Made by a program: the position numbers and the translations under genes | Shown: piece after piece, positions 53,784-63,500 of the stretch | How the letters are laid out: every line of letters starts with the position of its first letter | Position numbering within the stretch: the stretch's first letter is position 1 | The notes under the pieces: model-generated | Database searches by the model: none | Told to the model about the DNA's origin: nothing | What the model saw: only the letters and a program-made list of their open reading frames with translations | IMG/VR virus record: IMGVR_UViG_3300009873_000008 | Span: 8,944-72,943 of that record | Reading direction: 5' to 3' (one strand) | Length of the DNA stretch: 64,000 nt | Source: a virus | Lineage: Duplodnaviria > Caudoviricetes

Positions 53784-56700
53784 CCCGTCACCACCACGTC
53801 CTCGACCGGCCTCTTCTGCGGGCCCATGTGAGTAATGCCAGCAGCCTTGAGCTTGCTGATGACCGCGTCACGCTTCTCCGCGCTGCCTGCCTTGATCCTG
53901 GTCGCCCACCGCACGAAGTCGACCTTGTCACCGAGCAGCATCTCGGGTGTCGATCCGAAGCTGGAGGACATCATCTCCGAAACCGCGCGTTCCTGCACCG
54001 ACGCCGCGCGTCGAGTGGGAGGCAGCCCGGATTCCACGTTTTGCTTGTTGTAGTCCACCTTCGAGCCGTAGGAATCGCCGGGACGCGCCCACGTGGACGT
54101 GTAAGCCATGAGGCCCACATCGAAGGCGAACGTGCCCTGACTGTGGTACGGGGAGCCCTGCCTGTGGAGCCACGCGTAGATGTCGTTGCTTCCGCCGGTC
54201 TGGCAATCGGCCTCTGGAGACTGACCAGGTTGCGTGCCGTTGGGGTCCATGATCCCCACGTTTGCTCGCCGTTCGGTGGCGATGAGCGCCGTGCTGTGGA
54301 GGACTGAGTCGAGCAGCGCGCTGTTGCCGTGAGTCAGCGTCGCTCCCTGCTTACGGTAGGCGTCGATCTCGGCGTCCGTCACATCGAACCTACGGTAGGC
54401 GAAGCGGCCCCCTCCGATGTCCTCGGCGACAGGCTTGTAGCTCGGATTGCGCTTCCTGGTGCCGTCGGGGTTCGTCTCGTAGACGACCTGTCCGTTCTTC
54501 GTCTTGACCGAACCCTTCGGAGTACGAGCCGGCATGAATCGAGGGTCGTAACCGACACCCTTGTCCTTGGCGCCGCCACCGGACTCAGCGAACTTGCTGG
54601 CCCAGAACTCGATTCTCTCCTGAACGGTGCCGTTCTTCGGCTCCGCCTCGTAGTGCATCAGCCCAGTGCTGTAGCCCTCGATCTTCCGCAGCCATGCCAT
54701 GCGCCGCAGGTAGTTCAGTTCCTGATCCTGCTCAGTGGCCGGACGCAGGTCGAACCCGAGTTGTTTGCTGATGCCCTTCATCATGTCAGTGATCTGCTCG
54801 CGGGTCGCACCAGCGGGGAACTGAATGCGGACCTGTCCGTTCCGACCGGGATACTTCTGCTGCTTCTTGTTGCTCGCCACTAGGCCCTTGTGGTGGTCTG
54901 GCACGTACGTGATGAGCAGACGAGAAGTCGGCGACGCGCCGCCACCGGCTACGGCAGCACCGGTCACGACATCGGTCAGATCGATGTTGAACGTGCTCAT
55001 CTCGTTCGAGTCCTTATCGTAAGACGGCTCGTAGGTACCGTCCCACGTAGAGCCGCGGCTCACCTGGCCCTGACTCGAATGGCGCTTCACACCACTGGCG
55101 GAAGGCGTGGTGTAGTGGTTCAGCTTCATCGCGTTCAGCTTGTTCTGCGACTTGAGCTTGGCCTCGAACTCTGCCTTCTTCTTGTTGAAGTCAGCGAGAA
55201 CGGCTTCGTACTTCTTGAGCTTCTCGGCGTTGGCCTCCTCGTGCTTCTTCTTGGCCTCGGCCACGTCCGCGTCGTACTTCTCCTTTGCCTTGACCGCAGC
55301 CTCTCCCTGAGCCGCAATCAGTTCAGCCGAGGGCGCGAAAGGCTCGATGTCCCGCTGATCCTCTGGCACGTCCGCGACCGGCTTCAGCGCATAGCCGCCG
55401 TCCTTCACCTGACCGATGCGCAGAAATTCCGCCACGTAGTGGTCTGCCACGGCCTGGACCATCGGGTTGGCGGCTTGAGCGAGTGCTAGGGCCTTCTCGT
55501 ACGCCTTGGCTACGTACTGCGAGGCACCGGGCTCCTCGGCCGTGCCCTTCTTCCACTTGTCCAAGTGCTTCTCGGCCTTGGAGAGCTTCGAGCCGTCGGC
55601 CTTGAACTTGTCGCTCGTGAGACCGCTGGAGTGCCAGATGTCATTGACGAAGCTCGTCCAATCCACCATCTCTTTCGGCGGAGGCGGCGGGGAAAAGCCC
55701 GACAGCAGTGGCTTCTGTGGCTCTGCTGCGCTGAACCCGTCCACATCGCCGAGCATCGCCTGGAGTCGTGCCCGGGCCTCCGGCTCCAGCCAGAGCGAAC
55801 AGAACGGGTTGTCGCCCACCATGAAGAACTGGGCCCGACCGTCCTTGACGTCGTTCCCGCCGACCATCATGTCGACGCCCACGATGCCTTCGCGCTTGAG
55901 ATCCTCGGACTTGGGCACGCGAGACGTGACCGGGAAAGCGGGATCGTCCCAGTTGTTCGCGTCCTTGACGTCGGACGTCTGCACCGCCGCCGCCACCTCG
56001 GGCATCGGCTTGGTAGCGGTCTTGCCCTGGAGAAACTCATCGAGCCCGATCTGACTGCGGATCTCGGCTTCGATCTCACCGACCGGCCTGGAGTCGCCCT
56101 TGGTCTTCAGAGCCGCGGCGCGGGTCTTCGCCAGGGACGCGTACATCGCGCCGATGGACGCGCGCACCTTCTTGCGGCGCTCGTCCACAGCGGCGAGGAA
56201 GCCGGCTACCGTCTTGTCAGACGCGACGGTCGAGAACGCAGCGAGTTCGCCACGCTTGGCAGCGCCTTCGGCGTAGGCACGCCACATGTCCTTGTAGGTG
56301 TCCGACGGGATCGCCTCGGCGCGAGCCACCGTCGACTCGAACTCGGGAGCGGTCAGCGGCATCATCGGAATCGTCTCGCCGGCCCCCCAGGCGATCAGGA
56401 GCTTCTTCGGTAGCCCCTTGCTGTCCTCGTGCGTGACCCCCGGCGGTGCCTTCCACTTCAGGTAGTTGACCGCATCGTGGGACGAGTCGAAGAACTTCAT
56501 CGCCTGGCCGCGATCGACGTTCCTCAGTCGACCGTCGTCCTCGAACACGAAGTTTCCGCCGTGGTCGTCCATCTCCGAGGAGATGTAGTTGAGCACTCCG
56601 TAGCACTGAAGCTGACGGACGGCCGACTCACCGGCGACCCAGGGTGTCTGCTCGATGCCCTTGTCGCGGAAGCTCTGCTTGCGCGTGAACCACTGCATGA

Positions 56701-59700
56701 TGCCGGACTTGCCCTTGAACTTGGCGGTCCAGCAGTTCGGCGTGCCCGAGAGACCGAGCAGCATCTGGAGTCGGTTGGACGCCACTTCGCCCGCCGCGAA
56801 GGCATCGGCGACGGGCTTGAACATCCAGGCGCCGTCGGCCTTGTGGGCGCCCTTGAAGGTCTTGGAGGTGACCTTCGTGGGATCGTTCGTCGTACCGATC
56901 AGGTACTTCTCGTGGGCTCCCGAGTTGCCCGGGAAGAAGGAGTTCTTGTCGAGCCAGTTCTCGCTCTCGGCGGGTGCGGCTGGCGCACCGTGCGGCACGC
57001 CCAGAGACGTGAAGGCGGCAAGCTCCTCCTTCGTCATGCCCAGTGGGTTGTCGTGCGGGCTGACTCCGGCAGCCGCGTAAGACGACGCGGGAGCGGTTGC
57101 CGCGATCTCGGGCGTCGGACCGTTGACCGTCGTCGCGAGAGGCGGAACACCCGAAGCCGGCGGCAGGAGCTTCTGAGCCTTGTTCAAGAACTTCTGGAGC
57201 GCCTTCTCCTGCATCGGAGTGAGCGGCTTGCCGGCGCCGAGCGTCTTGTTCCAGATGTCGAGAACGTTCTTGTGCTCCCAGTCGGTGATCGCGAACTTGG
57301 TCTTCGCGTTGAGCGCCGCGTAGAGCGCCGGAATGTCCTTGAGCGTCGCAGCTGGAGGCGGAGCGGGAGCCGCGACTGGAGCCGCGACTGGAACGGGCTC
57401 AGGTGCGGGAGCAGGCTTGGGGGGCTCGGGAGCAGCCGCAGCCGCAGCACTGGATGGAGCCGTCGGCTGAGGCATCGCAGCGAACGCAGCGAGACCAGCC
57501 GCGGCACTGGCTGCGGACAATCCACCGGGAAGCAGCCCCTTGTAGTAGTTCGCCTGGTCAGCGGGGAGCGAATCGTCGAGCCACTTGGACGGGTTCTTGA
57601 GCAGCCCGTCGGCACCGTTCAGCGCCTGGTCGAACATCTCCTTGATGAGGGGCAACGACATCTGCATGACGCCAGCGGGCGCCCAATCGACCTTGAACTG
57701 ATCCTGAATCTGCTTGCAGACCGCTGCGATCTTCTTGGGGCCGACCTCACCGGCGCTCGTGTAGATCGCACCGTCGGCGAGAGCCGCCGCGAACTTCTGC
57801 TTCAGATAGTTGCGCTGGCCGTTCGTGAGGTGATGCCACTTCGAGATCTTCTTCTGCTTCGACCACGTGTAGGAGTGGCCGCCGTAGAGAACCGGCGTCT
57901 GCGCCAGCGCGGACGTGGGGGTCACGGGGGCCGGAGCAGGCTCCGGCACCGGGACCGCGCCGGGAACCGGGTCAGTTGACGGGGCAGCCGGCTCCTTGGC
58001 CGGCTCCTTGGGCTGGTTCTCTTTCCACTTGGTGAGCCAGTCGTCGTAGGCCAGGTACATGTAGCCGAGCGGAGTCGCGCTGTAGCCGGACGCCTTCCCG
58101 AGCGCGTTGACGATGCGCTTGGTGAGCTTGACGTCGGCGCCCATGTTGTTGGCGTACGCGATGAAGACATCGGCGGTGGGCGTCTTCTGCTTGGCGAGAG
58201 CGTCCCAGTTCGACGCAAGCCACTGCTTGAATTCAGCCTCGTCGAAGTTCTTGAGCGCAACCTCGTCGGCGAGCGCATCGATCTTGACGGCAAAGTCTCC
58301 CCACCAATCGATGCCGTACTTCTCGGCCCACTCGTGGATCGCTTCACCTGAGTGAGCCGAGATATTCGCGTTGATCTCCGCAATGGAGCCGCCGAGCGCT
58401 CCGACGGCCGCGATCTCGCTGAGCATCTCCTTCAGCTTGGCCAGGAAGCCGATCTCGTCGGGCTTCTTCTTGAGGGCCTCTTGTGCCGCGGCGAGAAGTT
58501 CCTGCTGTCCGCTCGTCGAGAGATGAACGAGCTTCAGATCGGCCACGGCCTTGAGGGCCGCAACAGACCCCATCGCCTGGTCCTTGAAGCCCTTCATCGC
58601 CTCGATCGCGGTATCGAGCAGATCCTTCTTGTTCGCGTCCGACAAGGAAGACCAGTTGACGTTGAGCGATGTGCTCTGAACGCCGAGCAAGGCTCCGCTG
58701 ATGGCGCTCTTGCTCAGCTTGATACCGATCGTATTCTCGACGCCGTCGTAGATCGCCTTGGCGAGTTCTTCGCCGACGTCCACCCCAGACCAAGCGGCGG
58801 ACACGGCCGCTTCGCGAACGATCTGGACCACCTTGTTCTTTTCGTCGGGCTTGAGCGACGAGAGGTGTTGTCCTCGCTTGGCGATCTCGTCCTTCAGGGC
58901 CGAGTAGGCCGAGCCGTAGTCGAGTTGCTTTCCGAACTTCTTGGCGAACTCGATCGAGAGCGCACCAGCGAACTGGCCGGGCGACGCCGTCGAGTCATAG
59001 CCAGTAGGGATCATCTCGGCGGCCATCGCCGGGACGTGGGTCAGATCCTCGGGATCCGGCTTCAGTAGCGGCGAGAGCGCGTCCGAGACTGCCTTCTGCA
59101 ACTCGAACAGAGCGGGCTTGGTGAACTGGATCTCTCCACCGGCAGCAAGCGCCGCCTTGGCGGCATCCTCCGCTGCGGTCCAGTTGAGATGGCCGGTCGA
59201 CTTCATCACGTCGAGCGCAGCCTTCAGCGCTGCGTCGGCGACCACTGTCCGCTGTTCGTCGGACAGCATGTCGATCAGCTTGGGACCCGGCTCCGGCTCC
59301 GGCTCGGGCTCGGGCTCGGGCTCGGGAGTCGGCTCGGGCGCCGGGGACGGGGCTTCCTCGGGCGGCTCGTCGAGTGCGGCCCAATCGCCCTTGGGAGCCT
59401 CTTCCGGTTCCTCCTCGCCCGCCTCTGGCTCTGCCGATCCCGGCTCGCTGGCTCCCGCACCGCCGAAGGTGTAGGGCTTCCCGTCAGGACCGAACAGCGT
59501 GTTCTTGCCGTAGTCGAAGGTCAGATTGAGCAGTTCCGGCTGGGGCTGGTCGGTGCCCGCGACCTTCAGATGCTCGTCTCCGAGATCGCTCTGCGAGTCG
59601 CCGAAGCTCAGGATGTCCTTGAGCTTCGCCGTCATCGGGTTGTTGTCCTTGGCGAACTGAGACAACAGCTTCCAGCGCTTGATCGTGAACTTGAGCCAGT

Positions 59701-59965
59701 TCTCGGCCGCGGCGATGCGCAGCTTCCCGCAGGCCAGATCGCCTTCGAGCTTGTCCTTCTTCTTGCCGCTCGCCTGCGCAAGACTCTTCATCAGGTCGCG
59801 CTGCTTCTCGTGCGCCTGTGCGAGATTCTTTCGTCGGGTCGCGATGGCAGCCACGACACGAACCAACTCGATCGGGTTGGCCTTCTTGGGCGTCTCCGGG
59901 TCCGCCGTAGGTCCGGCGGGTGGAGCCTTCTTGCACTCGACTTCGAGGAGCGTGGCGTTCAGCAC
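53780..59965 (-). CDS. 2061-aa multidomain protein with HipA/PI3K-like kinase domain and possible C-terminal ADP-ribosyltransferase-like domain
   Basis: WMFKP, GEVAS, DDHGGNF, VDRGQAMKFF at about 56450-56930; H...S/T...E pattern at the C-terminus; EP and AP linkers. Confidence 0.7.
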   Translation of the reverse strand: MLNATLLEVECKKAPPAGPTADPETPKKANPIELVRVVAAIATRRKNLAQAHEKQRDLMKSLAQASGKKKDKLEGDLACGKLRIAAAENWLKFTIKRWKLLSQFAKDNNPMTAKLKDILSFGDSQSDLGDEHLKVAGTDQPQPELLNLTFDYGKNTLFGPDGKPYTFGGAGASEPGSAEPEAGEEEPEEAPKGDWAALDEPPEEAPSPAPEPTPEPEPEPEPEPEPGPKLIDMLSDEQRTVVADAALKAALDVMKSTGHLNWTAAEDAAKAALAAGGEIQFTKPALFELQKAVSDALSPLLKPDPEDLTHVPAMAAEMIPTGYDSTASPGQFAGALSIEFAKKFGKQLDYGSAYSALKDEIAKRGQHLSSLKPDEKNKVVQIVREAAVSAAWSGVDVGEELAKAIYDGVENTIGIKLSKSAISGALLGVQSTSLNVNWSSLSDANKKDLLDTAIEAMKGFKDQAMGSVAALKAVADLKLVHLSTSGQQELLAAAQEALKKKPDEIGFLAKLKEMLSEIAAVGALGGSIAEINANISAHSGEAIHEWAEKYGIDWWGDFAVKIDALADEVALKNFDEAEFKQWLASNWDALAKQKTPTADVFIAYANNMGADVKLTKRIVNALGKASGYSATPLGYMYLAYDDWLTKWKENQPKEPAKEPAAPSTDPVPGAVPVPEPAPAPVTPTSALAQTPVLYGGHSYTWSKQKKISKWHHLTNGQRNYLKQKFAAALADGAIYTSAGEVGPKKIAAVCKQIQDQFKVDWAPAGVMQMSLPLIKEMFDQALNGADGLLKNPSKWLDDSLPADQANYYKGLLPGGLSAASAAAGLAAFAAMPQPTAPSSAAAAAAPEPPKPAPAPEPVPVAAPVAAPAPPPAATLKDIPALYAALNAKTKFAITDWEHKNVLDIWNKTLGAGKPLTPMQEKALQKFLNKAQKLLPPASGVPPLATTVNGPTPEIAATAPASSYAAAGVSPHDNPLGMTKEELAAFTSLGVPHGAPAAPAESENWLDKNSFFPGNSGAHEKYLIGTTNDPTKVTSKTFKGAHKADGAWMFKPVADAFAAGEVASNRLQMLLGLSGTPNCWTAKFKGKSGIMQWFTRKQSFRDKGIEQTPWVAGESAVRQLQCYGVLNYISSEMDDHGGNFVFEDDGRLRNVDRGQAMKFFDSSHDAVNYLKWKAPPGVTHEDSKGLPKKLLIAWGAGETIPMMPLTAPEFESTVARAEAIPSDTYKDMWRAYAEGAAKRGELAAFSTVASDKTVAGFLAAVDERRKKVRASIGAMYASLAKTRAAALKTKGDSRPVGEIEAEIRSQIGLDEFLQGKTATKPMPEVAAAVQTSDVKDANNWDDPAFPVTSRVPKSEDLKREGIVGVDMMVGGNDVKDGRAQFFMVGDNPFCSLWLEPEARARLQAMLGDVDGFSAAEPQKPLLSGFSPPPPPKEMVDWTSFVNDIWHSSGLTSDKFKADGSKLSKAEKHLDKWKKGTAEEPGASQYVAKAYEKALALAQAANPMVQAVADHYVAEFLRIGQVKDGGYALKPVADVPEDQRDIEPFAPSAELIAAQGEAAVKAKEKYDADVAEAKKKHEEANAEKLKKYEAVLADFNKKKAEFEAKLKSQNKLNAMKLNHYTTPSASGVKRHSSQGQVSRGSTWDGTYEPSYDKDSNEMSTFNIDLTDVVTGAAVAGGGASPTSRLLITYVPDHHKGLVASNKKQQKYPGRNGQVRIQFPAGATREQITDMMKGISKQLGFDLRPATEQDQELNYLRRMAWLRKIEGYSTGLMHYEAEPKNGTVQERIEFWASKFAESGGGAKDKGVGYDPRFMPARTPKGSVKTKNGQVVYETNPDGTRKRNPSYKPVAEDIGGGRFAYRRFDVTDAEIDAYRKQGATLTHGNSALLDSVLHSTALIATERRANVGIMDPNGTQPGQSPEADCQTGGSNDIYAWLHRQGSPYHSQGTFAFDVGLMAYTSTWARPGDSYGSKVDYNKQNVESGLPPTRRAASVQERAVSEMMSSSFGSTPEMLLGDKVDFVRWATRIKAGSAEKRDAVISKLKAAGITHMGPQKRPVEDVVVTG

Positions 59966-59974
59966 GTGGACACC

Positions 59975-60292
59975 CTAGTCGTCGTCGATGGAACGGCGGA
60001 AGTCCAGTGGACTACGACCTGGCTGATTCTTCAACTGCCTGTCGGAGGCGGCAGCCATCTCCTTCAGGGCCTCCCGCAAGGCGGTCGACGCGGCAGCACT
60101 GGATCGACCCAGTGCTTCTTGGAGCTTGCGGAACAGATCTTCGTGGATCTCGAAGGTGGAGAAGAACCTACGGCAGTTGATGCACTGCCGGCGCCGCTGC
60201 TTGAGTTCTCCGAACGAGAACCCGCGCTCTTCGACTTGGATGATGGTCTTCTTGACCTTGGACTCCAGCGTGGAGCAGCGCGGGCACTTCAT
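59975..60292 (-). CDS. NrdR-like N-terminal zinc-ribbon protein
   Basis: MKCPRC...SKV...RRRQCINCRRFFSTFE; no ATP-cone; ATGA start. Confidence 0.7.
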   Translation of the reverse strand: MKCPRCSTLESKVKKTIIQVEERGFSFGELKQRRRQCINCRRFFSTFEIHEDLFRKLQEALGRSSAAASTALREALKEMAAASDRQLKNQPGRSPLDFRRSIDDD

Positions 60293-60594
60293 CGGGCGCG
60301 CAATCTCGATCCGACACGCTTCTCTGGCGCCATCCGCTTCGGTCCCGTCGTTTCTTGCCCGGGCCGCATCTTCCTGGCACCCGTCGGCACCCGCTTGTGA
60401 TAGAGCGTGCGCTGGCGCCGATTGTAGTCGGTCTTCTTGTACCGGCGAGTAGAGAAGAGATCGTTGATCTGACGCACTCGGTTCGCGACCCGGTCCGCCC
60501 GATGGGGCTCGCGGGCAGAGATCCACTCCAGGATCTCTCCCTCCCACCCGATGGTGAGCAACGGCCGGCGGACGAGAGTCAGATGACAATCCAC
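60289..60594 (-). CDS. Basic protein with LVRRPLLTIG motif
   Basis: 101 aa between terL and the zinc-ribbon gene. Confidence 0.55.
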   Translation of the reverse strand: MDCHLTLVRRPLLTIGWEGEILEWISAREPHRADRVANRVRQINDLFSTRRYKKTDYNRRQRTLYHKRVPTGARKMRPGQETTGPKRMAPEKRVGSRLRAR

Positions 60595-63500
60595 GAGTTG
60601 AACTCTCCTCCCGTAGGATCGTAACGTCTTCCCTCGATCGCGTCCTCATCCTCGTCGGGCCAGAGCACCTCTCCGTTGGACCACTGCGGGCCGGCCCCCG
60701 GCGAGTCGATCACCATCTGACCGCGCATCGGTCCAAGCGGATCACCAGTCTTGCCGTGCTCGGTCAGGTAGTAGACAAGTCCTGCCAGAGCGTCAGCAAG
60801 GTCTTTGCTTCCTTTGGGCGGGTGCTTGATCTTCTTCCCGTCCTCGCCGATCTCCAGTTCCTTCAGTTCCTTGTCCAGCACCGGGTGGTAGGGACAGATG
60901 ATCCGCTGCTCGTAGATGGCCTGCCGCAACATCAGGTACGGCTTCATCCGAGCGACTCGCTCGCCCACCTCTTCGGTCTTCAGACCGCGGCGCTTGAACA
61001 TCTGAAGGTTTGGCGGGGACATGTACTGGTCCATCGACACGGACCTGATCGGCATGCCGCCCGAGATGCACTGATAGATGACACCCCGGACCTCGCCATG
61101 GTCAATGTCACCGCCGTCAGGAGCCAACGCGCGCAGGACGCCATCGACGTGAATGACAGGCGCGTTCTCCAAGACGCGTTCGTTGGTTTCTGGATTCCGC
61201 CGCCACACCTCGGTCGTCCCCGCGACGTGACCGGTGACCAGACCGCAGGCGCACTGAGTGGTCGCCATGTCGATGTGTGCGTGACGATTCGCCGTCTGGC
61301 AACAGATCGGAATCGGCTCGTCGTTGGCGTTTCTGGTCATCAGCTTCGCCCAGTTGACCTGAAGCGTCTGATGGGTCGTCCACTCCGGCTGCCTGAACAA
61401 GTTGAGCCGACGTCGATCGAACATCTGATCGATCGCCGGACGACGCGTGATGAAGAGGCGCCCAACGAAGTCGGTCGCGATACCGGCGATGTCTCGGGTG
61501 GCTCCGTCCGGGTCGTTGCGGAACTCGCTCAGGTAGTCCTCGGGGATCTTGAAGATAAGCGAGCCCGGGAGCGCCTCTTCGTCCTCCTTCTCTAGGAGCT
61601 TGCAGCGACCTTCCTTCGAGTTCACCGAGACGCGGTACCACTTCTGGCCGCGATAGGGTTCGGGGTGAACGTTCCAGATCGCGTAGTCGCGAACGAAGAC
61701 ACCAACCCCTTCGTCGTCGTCTTCGGCCGCCGTCCTGATCCGTCGCTCGGTGAAGTCGTTCGTCGAGCGCTTCGACGAGACGAGCATGATGAGACCCTTC
61801 ACGCCGTGGCGCTTGTATCGGGCCTTCACGCGTCGTGCGAGCGCGTTGTAGATCATGGTCGCCTTGTCTTCGGCCTTGGCACTGGCCGACCCAGTAGCGA
61901 CCTTGCCCTCACCCATGAAGTTCGTGTTGTGGACGACGAGCCCGTTCGCGACGAAGTTGCCGCCGGGCAGCGACATCACGTCATACGTCTGATGGCGTCC
62001 CGCACTTCGGACTGCGACAACCCGGGCCACAGACGTCGCTCGTCCCACACTTCGTACTTCCAGCCCGAGAGCGTGCAGAACTGCGAGCAGGCGGCGGCCT
62101 TGGCTCGTTCCTTCGCGTTGTAGGTGAAGCCGCGCGGCTTGATCTCCACCATCACGATCGACCCGTCCGTCATCGTCACCAGGAAGTCGGGGATCGTGAA
62201 CCGCTGCTTCCCCTCCCAGATGTAGGGAACGCCCAGCGGTTCGTACCGGAAACTGAGAACGGACGAGCATTCGTCCAAGAGCAGCATCGCTCGCTGCTCC
62301 CACTTCGACCGGAAGCCGATCTTCGTCTGACCAGGCTTCGGCTGACCCTTCTTCGTCTCCGCCCAGCCCAGGTAGGTGAAGTCGCCCTTCTTCGCTCTCC
62401 AGACCGAGTTCCTGCTGATCTTCTGCTTCGTCTCCTCGGAGTGCTTGAACACTCCCTTCCGCTTCGTGTTCGCTGCCGCGATCTTCGCCTTCGACTCCGG
62501 GCTGTGAGAGAAGGCTTGCTTGGTAGCGATCATCCGGTCCCGGAAGGCTGGATCCGACCAACGCTTCTTCATGCGAAGCGACGCGCCAGCCCGCCGCTCG
62601 CTCGACTCCCAGGGGTCGGTCGGCGGTTTCCGCTTCGCGCGCTCTGCCGTCACGAAGGCTTCCAGTTCCGCGTCCGGCACTCCGTCCACCGGAATCCCGG
62701 CCTTCCTCGCCTTCGTCCTGATGTTCGCGAGTCTGATCTTCTCGCGCGTCTCGGGTGACTTCTTCGTGCCCGTCTGACGGCGACGCGTCGCCTCGGCCAT
62801 CTTGGCCTTGGCCTCCGGCGTGTGCATCTTCCCGAAGAATGGGTTGCTTGCCCCACTCCGGTCTGGCTGGGTCGACAACGATCACCTCGTCGCCGGGCTT
62901 CAGATCCTTCAGGAACACGTAGTCGAGATCCGACCAGGGCCGGCGCACCAGGAACGGATGGCGTTCCGTGACCTTGATCGTGCGTCCGTCGTCGAACTCG
63001 ACCTCGAAGACCTCCGCCACCGACGCGGGCCTGATGAACCCGGCATCGACCTGGCCCTCGCCGGTCTTTTCGTTGTAGACGACGATGGGTCCATACGTCA
63101 ATCCGTCATTCTTCGACGAATCATGGAGGTCGGACACCGGGAAGTAGCCGTCGGGCGTGAGGATCTGAGTGTCAGCGGTCACGCACTCGTCGACGATCGC
63201 GAAGATCACGTTGAGACCGAGCGCCGCGGCGTCCTGACTCGCGCCGCCGACGATGTAGATCCCCTTCTTCCTGAAGCGGATCTCTTCCATCGTCTCTTCG
63301 TACTTGCCGAGGAACCACTTGCTGAGCGCGAGCTTCTTGCAGATACCACCGAAGACGACCCGGCGCGCTGCCGCAACGGTGCGCGAGATGGGAACGATGT
63401 GGATGGGTTCGCCTTCGGCCAATCCCAGGGTGTGTTGTGGGTTCTTCAAGCAGTTGAGTTCGTAGAGCATCCGCATGCAGGCGGTGGTGGCAAAGAAGTC

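Noticed and set aside
59285-59345. Short tandem repeats (EP here; PQ at ~19170-19205; N at ~21950; NG at ~40560-40630; SDE at ~27480)
   Set aside because: Ordinary low-complexity coding linkers.
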